From Vicugna vicugna (lineage: Eukaryota), in assembly GCA_013265495.1 (NCBI GenBank), contig MU057733.1, positions 237,898-257,897 of the forward strand: a stretch of 20,000 bases of DNA, written 5' to 3'. How positions within the stretch are numbered: the stretch's first letter is position 1; each line of letters opens with the position of its first letter. This document shows, one piece after another, positions 10,906 to 20,000 of this stretch. The notes under the pieces are model-generated. The model had not been told where the DNA came from, ran no database searches, and saw only the letters and a program-made list of their open reading frames with translations. Made by a program: the position numbers and the translations under genes.

Positions 10906-11527
10906 CTGACTCGAAGGCTGTAACATTTTGGAGACTATAACTTTGGAGAAAAAGGTCCACATGCATGGGCAAGGTTTCTGGGACTCTGCGAGTCTGTGAG
11001 GTTGTGTTTCTTTAGTGGGCGGTAAAGGTGAATAAAGAGGGAAGGGCTGTGGTCAGAAGACCCGGCCCCTCTGCCCTGTGTGTCCTACATGTGACCACAG
11101 CCAGCTCTCCGAGAAGGAATGAGCATTCTTGACCGTAGACTTTGGAGAGTCAGTTAACAATGGGGATTACAATGGAATAAGCCAGAATAAAGCCTTGAGT
11201 ATTAGCAACTATGTTGTATGATAAAAGTGCTTTTAAAAGTCTTTTTGGTTATGACATTTCAAGTAATTCCATGACACTTTACCTTTGTTATTAGCTATGA
11301 AGACATTTTCTTTATCATTATACCTTTTATTTATGACTGCTGTTTTCAAATCTATGAGCACATAAAGCCTTCAAGGCTGACTATTTAGATGTGTTTATAA
11401 ATTACCTTCAGGGTTTTTATTTTAAATGATGTAAAATTTATCTGATATTAAGCTAGTGTCAACCAACAGATGTTAAACATCTTTTTCTCATTAGGAAGGC
11501 TCTCCTACTGCTCCCCCTCCTCTATTT

Positions 11528-12052
11528 AAAAACATTTTTTAAAATTTATTTATTTTTAATTCAGTTATAATCAGTTTACAATGTTATGTCAATTTCTGGC
11601 ATACAGCACAATTTTTCAGTCATACATAAGTATACATATATTCATTTTCATACTCTTTTTTACTGTGAGCTACTACAAGATCTTGAATATATTTCCCCGA
11701 GCTATACAGTATAAACTTGTTTATCTATTCTATATATACCTGTCAGTATCTTTAAATCTCAAACTCCCAGCCTGTCCCTTCCCTCTTCCCTCCCCCTGGT
11801 CACTACAAGTTTGTATTCTATGCCTGTGAGTCTGTATCTGTTTTGTATTTAAGTTCATTTGTCTTCTTTTTTTTTTTGATTCCACATTTGAGTTATCTCA
11901 TATGGTATTTTTCTTTCTCTTTCCGTCTTCCTTCCCTTAGAATGACATTCTCTGGGGACATCCATGTTGCTGCAAATGGCATTATGTTGTCATTTTTATG
12001 ACTGAATAGTATTCCATTGTGTAAATTTAGTACAACTTCTTTATCCAGTCAA
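11528..12052 (-). mobile_element. 5'-truncated, lineage-specific LINE-1 3' end (camelid-like)
   Basis: T-rich tail at ~11535-11557, then tcagtttacaatgttatgtcaatttctgg...gctatacagtataaacttg...catccatgttgctgcaaatggcattat. Possible degenerate TSD ccccctcc-tctattt (11513-11527) / cctcctccatctcttt (12053-12068). Confidence 0.9.
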
Positions 12053-12115
12053 CCTCCTCCATCTCTTTGTTTTCACATTTCAAAACCTGATTGCTCTATT
12101 CTTTAACTTCTTTAG

Positions 12116-13315
12116 GAAAAAGTGATCCATGGTGTTTACATGCCACGAGGTTATCTTGAATTGATACCAAGTCCTAAGGACAATGAAGTAGATCACATAA
12201 GAGCAACATGTTTTAACAGTGACATAGTCCTGATGCCAGAGTTATCGACCTTTAGAGTTTTGCCATGGGCAGAGAGAACGGCAAGGGTGATATGTGACAC
12301 GTTCACTGTGACTGGCGAGCCTCTGCTGACCTCTCCAAGGCATATTGCAAAGAGGCAGCTGAGCCAGCTGCAGGACTTTGGTTTTTCCCTGTTCTCTGCC
12401 TTCATCTATGATTTTTGCATTTTTGGTGTGCCTGAAATTATCAATTCCAAGACCATATCTCTTCCTGCTTCCACACTGCTGAATAATCATGACCAGCCCT
12501 TCATTCAGGAACTTGTTGATGGTTTGTATCACACTGGAGCCAATGTTGAGAGCTTTTCCTCCTCTACCAGACCGGGCCAGATGGAAATCTGTTTTCTGCC
12601 GGAATTTGGCATCAGTTCAGCTGATAACGCATTTACCCTCAGAACAGGTGTCAAAGAGGTGGCAAGGAAATACAATTACATCGCCAGCTTTTTCATTGAG
12701 ACTGGATTCTGCAACTCAGGAATTTTGTCTCATAGTCTCTGGGATCTTGATGGGAAGAAAAACATGTTCTGTAGCAGTTCTGGGATTGAGCAGCTCACGA
12801 TCACGGGGGAGAAATGGTTGGCAGGACTCTTGAAGCACTCAGCTGCTCTCAGCTGCTTGATGGCTCCCGCTGTCAGCTGTCGGAAGCGCTATTCCAAGGA
12901 GAGTAGAGAGCAGAAGGAGAGTGTGCCCACCACGTGGGGGTACAACGACAACAGCTGTGCTTTTAATATCAAGTGTCATGGTGAGAAGGGCACCAGGATA
13001 GAAAACAAACTGGGCTCAGCCACGGCAAATCCTTACCTCGTGCTGGCCGCCACTGTTGCTGCAGGCTTGGACGGACTTCAGAGCACTGATGGTGTGTTCG
13101 CTGGTCCAGAGGACAGCACAGACCTCCATCAACCAAAACCTTCTGAGATCCCTTTGAAACTGGAAGATGCCCTCATGGCCCTGGAGGAAGATCAATGCCT
13201 GAGACAGGCTCTAGGAGAAACTTTTATTCGGTATTTTGTTGCCATGAAGAAATATGAGTTGGAAAATGAAGAAACAGATGCTGAGAGAAATAAATTCTTA
13301 GAGTACTTTATTTAG
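12116..13315 (+). CDS. LGSN: Lengsin terminal coding exon (1200 nt), GS catalytic-domain fold
   Basis: Acceptor ctttaacttctttag ends at 12115. Reads [15 protein letters not shown]...PGQMEI...[27 protein letters not shown]...[10 protein letters not shown] with stop TAG at 13313-13315. Close match to recalled mammalian lengsin. Confidence 0.98.
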   Translation, partial: EKVIHGVYMPRGYLELIPSPKDNEVDHIRATCFNSDIVLMPELSTFRVLPWAERTARVICDTFTVTGEPLLTSPRHIAKRQLSQLQDFGFSLFSAFIYDFCIFGVPEIINSKTISLPASTLLNNHDQPFIQELVDGLYHTGANVESFSSSTRPGQMEICFLPEFGISSADNAFTLRTGVKEVARKYNYIASFFIETGFCNSGILSHSLWDLDGKKNMFCSSSGIEQLTITGEKWLAGLLKHSAALSCLMAPAVSCRKRYSKESREQKESVPTTWGYNDNSCAFNIKCHGEKGTRIENKLGSATANPYLVLAATVAAGLDGLQSTDGVFAGPEDSTDLHQPKPSEIPLKLEDALMALEEDQCLRQALGETFIRYFVAMKKYELENEETDAERNKFLEYFI

Positions 13316-13497
13316 AGTGGAGACATTAGCCATTCCTTTAGCAATGTGATAGTGACTTACCTGGCTGATCTACTGGAAAGAAAATACTGGATTTTTGTAA
13401 CAACAAGACTACACATACACGCTCTCTTTTTTGTCCCCATGGAATATTTAACAGATGAAGTGGGGCTGCTGAGCGGATTCTGATGACAGAAACAAAC

Positions 13498-13631
13498 AAT
13501 AAAGTTGTGGTGCAGCTGTGATGTGCAAACTTAACCAGGTCTTGTCGGTCAGTGGTCATTGCCTCGCGTATATCGGCCTAGACAGAAATATTCAGGTTTG
13601 GGGGGGGCAATAAATATATTCACATAATAAA
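13498..13631 (+). promoter_or_regulatory. Candidate LGSN polyadenylation signals (three AATAAA)
   Basis: AATAAA at 13498-13503, 13609-13614 and 13626-13631, about 180-315 nt after the stop. The first is followed by GT-rich sequence. Usage cannot be determined from sequence. Confidence 0.5.
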
Positions 13632-14689
13632 AAGGCTTAAGAATTAGAAAATTTTAAATGACTGAAAAAAGAAGCTGAAGAAATAATTTCAATTATACAC
13701 ATAGGGTGTGAGTGTCAGGGAAAAAATACTTGCTAATATCATCTCACTAATTAAGGCATATTGAGGATCTATTTTGCAATTACCATTGCATTCTTTCTAA
13801 ATGAGTTAAATAGCTTTAACAAAAATATATCATGATGACAAGTTAGCAGAAGTTTCCACATATGTCTCTTCTTATTCCTGAAAGGCCTAACAACTTCAAG
13901 GAATGATGTCTGCAAGAAACAAATCCACAAGAAATAGACTTTGAGCTGGGAACAATAAGGTCAAATATTTAAAGTAGTGAAAATGTTTAAACAGTGTCTC
14001 ACATGGAAACCCAATCCATGAAACCCAGAGTCAGTGGGTACGCAGAGGGTGCGTGGGCGCTCTGCTTAGCTCTCTCAGGCTGGAGATTTCAAAGATACCT
14101 TTCATGCTTTGTGGGGTGTGAGGACAAATATCTTGATAGCCAGGGCAATGTTTCCAGCTAAAATGGTACTTAAATTACTGATTCTCCTGCCCACAGAGGT
14201 TGATATCTCTCCAGAGAATATTAAATGTTCCAGATGTTTGAATGAGACAATATTGTAACTATCAGGAAAGTTTAGCTTCTTTGGGGGAGGAAATTCAAAA
14301 TCCACTTACTGGTAAATGAAAACCCTATTCCAATGCTTAGGAGCAAATAGGAGATTCTACGTTCGATTAAGATGGACTGTAGTCTAAATTTAGACAGCAA
14401 ACACACACACACACAGAAGATCAGAATGTGGCTCACATCCTCCTGTTCAAATCCAGAGTACTCAGGAGCTTTACTAGTGAAAGTCAGCCTGTCCTCTGCT
14501 AATTGCTCCCCGCTCTTTCCTCTGAGCAGCAGAAGTGTGTTTGGATATGTAAGGATAGGACTTTTGAGTGAATTAAGAGGTAGAGAGAAAGGAGCATGGG
14601 GTGGGTGGAACAGGAAAGGAGTCTACACTGACACTGCTGAGAATGAGACCCCGGGAAGGAGCCTGGGGACGAGCTTGCCACTTATCTTC

Positions 14690-15070
14690 CCGTCTTCACT
14701 CTCTCCTCTGTTCTCAGTGATGACAGGGAAATGTCTCAGCTGGGAACACACCATAAAAAAATAAAATGACAGTTCTGAGTTTTCATTGTGGCTGAGTGTG
14801 GTCGCGGTATTGGGTTCAGGCCAAAGAAATGTGAAATGTTGTATGGAAGCTCTGGGAAACTTCCTTAAACTAGGGGTTCTCTGTTCCCTGTCCTTTCCCC
14901 ATCTTTCTGTCTTTACCCTCCCTGCTAGCTGACCTACAGGTACTGTGGCTGGCGTGATGCCCCTTTGGGAATGGACTCACACAAAGGGTAGAAACAGGCA
15001 GAAGCTCTGCTTTGTGAAGCAGAGCATGGTTTGCCTACATTCGGAGTCTTACTACCACCTCCTTTAAGGA
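14690..15070 (+). mobile_element. Old ERVL LTR remnant (LTR33/LTR16-like)
   Basis: gtggctgagtgtggtcgcggtattgggttcaggccaaagaaatgtga...tctgggaaacttccttaa resembles the recalled LTR16/33 core. Boundaries approximate. Confidence 0.4.
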
Positions 15071-15111
15071 CAGTGGTTTGGGGCTTTATTAACTCTCCTT
15101 TCTTGCTTGCA

Positions 15112-15132
15112 TGTGTGTGTGTGTGTGTGTGT
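15112..15132. repeat. (TG)10 microsatellite
   Basis: tgtgtgtgtgtgtgtgtgtgt. Confidence 0.95.
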
Positions 15133-15306
15133 ATGACATTTGAGGGATTCTGAGATGAATGAATAACAATAAAAGAACCAGTGAAAAACCACTTCCTCAA
15201 CCTTCCTACTTCTAAAGAGAATCTGAATTAGAGGGGTTCACACATGCAAAAAAAAAAATGTATTGTCACCCACCCTGACAGAGCTGTGTAGACCTACAAA
15301 AAATAC

Positions 15307-15740
15307 TGTTGCCCATCCTCCAGCTCCACAAAGATCAGGTCATCAGCCACTGCAATCACCGACCTATAGCGCCTCCTGAAAGGAACTCAGGATGAAAACC
15401 AGGATGAGGCACCATGGGCTTTGGAAATACAGGCTTTAAGTAGTTAGACGTGTATCCCAGGAAGAGTTTTAGTGAACCCAGATTCTTGCATCTTCCCATA
15501 CACAGAAAAGCCCTAAAATCATTAGTCACCCTGTTCATTGTGGCCAGCAGAAGTCTTCTGCTGAGATGCATGCTTGGCTGCACATATTCCTTAGCCAAAA
15601 ATCATGTATATACTGACTCCTCCCCTACTGCTTGAGAGCAGCGGTGTGAGAGGCTAGCTCCCAGACTATAGTCTTCAGTAAGACCCTAGAAAACTTAAAC
15701 TCACAGCTCTCAAAATTGTGCATTTTTCTTTCAGTCAACC
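15307..15740 (+). mobile_element. ERV1-like solo LTR (laurasiatherian/cetartiodactyl type)
   Basis: Begins tgttg and ends tttttctttcagtcaacc, an imperfect terminal inverted repeat. About 430 bp, with TATA-like gtatata and the motif cccagattcttgcatcttcccatacacagaaaag. No internal retroviral ORFs adjacent. Confidence 0.65.
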
Positions 15741-16257
15741 AATGTCTTCCATGGTTCATGGGGCTTCGTGAAACATGTCTAGTGCTTTGGCTTGCTTTTA
15801 CCACAGTGGGTAACAGATGCTATAGAGCTCTGCTAATCAAAGGTGTTTGTTGCCTTTATTTTTTTCCTTGTACATTATATTAGCATAATTTTAAAATATA
15901 TAATAGTCAGGAAGGCAGTTTACAGAAATCATGTAACTGGGAACATTATCTTCAATGTTCAGTATACAGTAGTGAGTTGACAGAAAATACTCAGCCATGT
16001 GTTACCAATCAGCTTATAACATAAGTTGGCTTGTCAGTCTTCACGGAGATTCTGCTTTGGTGTGTGCTGGTGTATATGTTTTTCTTTTTAAAGCAAACCA
16101 AAAATAAACATTGGCTAAGAGAGTTCAGAGCTAAGGAATAAATGGAGTAGGCATAAAAGTTCAATTGTCTGTCTCTTTTGTGATCATCTGTAAAAGGCTT
16201 TATATTTTTGAGGAGACTTTCTCATATTTCCACCTTCCTAGTCTAGATAAGAGGGCC

Positions 16258-16360
16258 AGACAGTCATTCAACAGCATTTATTGGACACCTTTTATGTGAT
16301 AAGCCTTCTGCTGGGGCTCATAGTACTAGAAGAGATCAAGACAAAGATGAGCAGACAATG
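16258..16360 (-). mobile_element. L2 3' end remnant
   Basis: cattcaacagcattttattggacacctt...tgtgataagccttctgctggggct is a typical antisense L2 tail. Confidence 0.55.
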
Positions 16361-18009
16361 AATGGGCTTTGGATCTGTGTATCTTAAGCTGAACAAAAAG
16401 AATTTTTTGTAGCCCTAATACTGAAAATAACTACTTAGAAGTCTGCTTTGTGACTTGAAAGGGGTGTTTTACAAATTTCTTCATGAAATTTCACCCTTAT
16501 TTTCATTTACTGTAATTGTTCTAATCAAAGATTAGGGGGAAACGTGATTACTAAATTTAAAGCTGGCTATTAAATGAGTATACATAAGAAATGTAAATTA
16601 AAGACTATAATGTTTTGAGACTAGAGAAGAAAATATTAGTATCATAGTGAGAAGTTTCCATTTTCCAGAACAATTTAGAATTCAAAATTTCATTTTATAG
16701 TAATTGAATAACAATGAAGCATGAAAGGATAATTTGAAGGCAATGAAAGATTTAAGAATCTTAATATAAATGTAAATTGAGAGCACACAGCAAAGTCTGA
16801 ACTTATCAGCAACACACAACAGTCTATTGACTTATCTTCAGTCACTCGTTTAACAAAACAGCCTACCAATGTGTTTGTGATACAAGTATTATGGGGCAAC
16901 ACATTTAATCTTGGGTTTCCAATTGCAGATGGTAAAACCTGGATCTCTGAGCATCGCCTGTGTCCACCATGCCTGGCATCATCTCTGTTAAAGCTCTTCT
17001 TACGTTGCCTATAATTAGTAGATTACATGACAGATTTTCTAATTAGGATGTGAATTCCAAGAATGAAGAGCACAGGTCTGGTTCATATTTATATTTTTTT
17101 TTATTCTTTGTAGATGTTCCAGAATTCAGTAACTATTTAGCCAATCAATCAATTGACTGTTCAGTCAACTCATATGTTATAAACATAACACAGTTCTATC
17201 TTTGTACAGTATGGTACTGTCACACACATGCACATACCCAGAGGGAGTGAGAAATAGAGATGGGGACAGCTAAGTGAATCAGTGATTCGTGGTTTGTTAT
17301 TGGCCCTAAAATTTCTGCCATTAAACTTCTTCAGAATCCTCTGTTTCTAGAAACTCATGAGTAAACCCAATTTGACCACCTCAATGGGGAATCATAAAAA
17401 AACAGAGCTTAGCGTGGATTGGTCATGACTTTTGGTCATAGGGAACCCTTCAATGGCTTTCTTATGTTTGTGGAATTCCCCTCCTTTTGTCTCCTGTCTT
17501 CCAAGGTAGAGTCAGAACCTCACCTTTCCAGTTTCTCTTGCAACTATGGTACAAAGACTGCCAATTAGATGCAATTATTCAACCTTAGTGCCCTCCACTC
17601 TGGGTAAGCCTGAGGGAGGCAGCACTGACAAGAGTCCCATTGGCAGCATCCTGGGGTCCTGGAGGTACTGTTGCCACCGGGGGTGGCTGAGGGCCTCTCT
17701 GGAGCGGTCAGGGGAAGCTTCCAAACCTAATTTCTGACCCTTCCAGATTTTGTGATTTAGCTTATATCCTTGAATACATTCTTTTTCTGCTTAAACTAGC
17801 TAGAATTTGCAAAAAGTAATCATGACTGAAAACAGTTTATAAAAGGATGCGCAAAGAGCAAGATACTTTGATGAGGGGGAAGGAGGGGAGAAAGGCAGGG
17901 AGTTCTCTTTAATCAAAAGAACAGGAATGATTGTATTAGATGTAGATTTATACAGGCTTATGAAGCTCATTGTATAGAGCATACCTCCTGCTGGTGCTTT
18001 CTCACCCAC

Positions 18010-18150
18010 TGCCTTATTTGATGCTCTCTACAATTTCATGAGAATGTTATGCCCATTATTTTAATAGGAAGAGATGTAAGTCTCAGAGAAGTTAAGTATG
18101 GAGAAAATTGGGACCTGAATTCAGGCCCCACTTTTTGAGACTCATGGTCC
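18010..18150 (-). mobile_element. MIR SINE remnant
   Basis: ttatttgatgctctctacaatttcatgaga...cccattattttaataggaagagatgtaagtctcagagaagttaagta. Confidence 0.55.
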
Positions 18151-18871
18151 CTGAGCTGAGCTCCAAAACACCATTCACTACAGAGTTCCAGCCAAGTCAC
18201 TGAAAAGGACGCTGCAGGTTATATTTCAACTTTAAGGCTTCTGGGAACCAACAAGTTAGGTGCTTTTGTTAGATGGTTAAATAATTGGATCTTTTCTTTT
18301 TGGTTATTTAAGGTAGTATCACTGAGTTTTAGTCAACCTGTTTGATTACAAACAAATCTCGGCAAACCAGATGTGCGATTGTGCAGGTAACAGCTCTCTG
18401 CCAGCAACTCTACCCAGGCCAGGAAATCTCATCAAAAAGGAATGCCATGCTCTCTCAGTATTTATATTACATTCAGAACTTTTCTCAGAGAAGAATAGTA
18501 ATTCAAGCCAGGAACACTTTTACAATTTTTTGAACATAAAAATACCTGGTTGAAATCCCTAACGGTCTTTGGAATTTAAACTGAAATTACTTTGTCCCAC
18601 CTTCAGAAATCTTCTCTGGCAAGAAGTAGTCTTGTATTCACTGAGAGCACAAAAGATTTGCCACTCCTCTATGGTGCTGAAGGAATAACACATAACAAAG
18701 TGTACTGATTTTTTTTTAAAAAAACAACTTACCTGAAGGGAGAAAGTGTAAATTAAAGTGAAAAGGGAATCAGCTGAGAACCTGGCACACAATGAAACAG
18801 TTTTTTCTTTTCCTTTTCCTTTTTTTTTTTTTTTAGAGTTTTTGCTTTTAAGATCAGTATTATCAGCTAAT

Positions 18872-19738
18872 TCATTACTAATCATCAGGAGAATTCATAT
18901 CAAAACCACAATGAGATGTCACCTCACCCTTGTCAGAATGGTTATTATCAAAAAGACAAATTATAAGTGTTGGCAAGGATGTGAGAAAAGGGAAACTTCA
19001 TGCATTGTAAGTGGGAAGGTAAATTGGTGCAGTCACTGTGGAAAACAGGTTGGAGAGTCCTCACAAAATTAAGAACTACCATATTATCCATCAATTCCAC
19101 TCCTGTATTCATCCAAAGAAAACAAAAACACGAATTTGGAAAGATATATACACCCCTATGTTCACTGCAGCATTATTTGCAAAAGCCAAGATATGGAAGC
19201 AACCTAAATGCCCATTGATAAATAAATAGATAAAGAAGATGTGGCATATATATACAACAGGATATTACTCAGACAAAGAAAAGAATTAAATCTTGTCATT
19301 TGTGATGACATAGATGGCCCTGGTGGGCATCATGCTAAGTGAAATAAATCAGACAAAGACAAATATTGCATGGTTTAATTTCTATGTGAAATATAACAAA
19401 ACAAAACAAATCTACAAACATAACTAAACAGAAACAGAGTCATAGATACAGAAAACAAACAGGTGATTGCCAAAGGTGAGGAGGCGTGGGAGGAGGAGAG
19501 AAATAGGCGAGGGGGATTAAGAGATACAAACTTCCAGTTGCAGAATAATTGAGTCATGAGTATGAAATGTACAGTGTGGGACATATAGCAATACCTGCAT
19601 CATACCTTTGTGTGGTGACATAACGTAACTATACTTATCATGATGATCATTTAAAAATGCATGAAAGTACTGAATCACTATGTTGTGTACCAAGAACTAA
19701 AATAGTGTTGTAGGTCAATTATACTTCAAAATAAACAA
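18872..19738 (+). mobile_element. 5'-truncated LINE-1 3' end (ORF2 C-terminus and 3' UTR)
   Basis: Contains IKTTMRCHLTLVRM and TPMFTAALFAKAKIWKQPKCP (L1 ORF2 C-terminal motifs, frameshifted). Ends gtaggtcaattatacttcaaaataaacaa. Confidence 0.92.
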
Positions 19739-20000
19739 TGTATTAAAAATAGTAACAACAGAAATGATTTCCAATCACATGACTTACATTTGAATATATT
19801 TAGGCTGGCAGATATTAAGTACAGGCTCAATATTAGAGGGGAGAGGAGAGAGGAGGATTGGAAGAATAAAGCAGGTATATTCACATTAGAAATAGGAAAC
19901 CATGGAAATATTAGTTGCATTATGTGATGCCTGAAATTAATGTAGGTTTTTAAAATTCTGGATTACTCTACGACGCATTTTGGAATAAAACATAACATCT

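Noticed and set aside
12122..13315. 397-aa ORF as a standalone bacterial-type glnA or a horizontal transfer
   Set aside because: Its GTG start lies just inside a splice acceptor (12115). It is the last exon of the vertebrate gene LGSN, in frame with upstream exons.
14372..14764. 130-aa ATG ORF in the 3' flank
   Set aside because: It runs through a CA repeat and into a probable old LTR, and has no recognisable domain.
18758..19584. Cluster of overlapping ORFs near the window end
   Set aside because: These are frameshifted fragments of the L1 ORF2 C-terminus and 3' UTR.

Overview
This is mammalian genomic DNA, not prokaryotic. The young L1 3' UTR and the apparent lack of BovB/CHR/PRE/Alu SINEs suggest a camelid-like cetartiodactyl, but that is inference. 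The window holds most of the lens gene LGSN (lengsin), a catalytically dead class I glutamine synthetase homologue, on the + strand. Four coding exons (40-169, 1969-2166, 9209-9375, 12116-13315) have canonical AG/GT boundaries and splice in frame to 564 codons plus a stop; exon 1 lies upstream of the window. The rest is intron and 3' flank with L1, LTR (MER77/68-like, MLT1, ERV1-like), MER58, MIR/L2 remnants and microsatellites. I found no support for a new multi-gene system. The most unusual features are a twin-priming-type inverted L1 ending 22 nt from the acceptor of the lineage-variable exon 3, and two neighbouring ~0.4 kb tandem duplications that both carry a non-templated 'AC' at the junction. 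Repeat family names come from recalled consensus sequences, not from a search.
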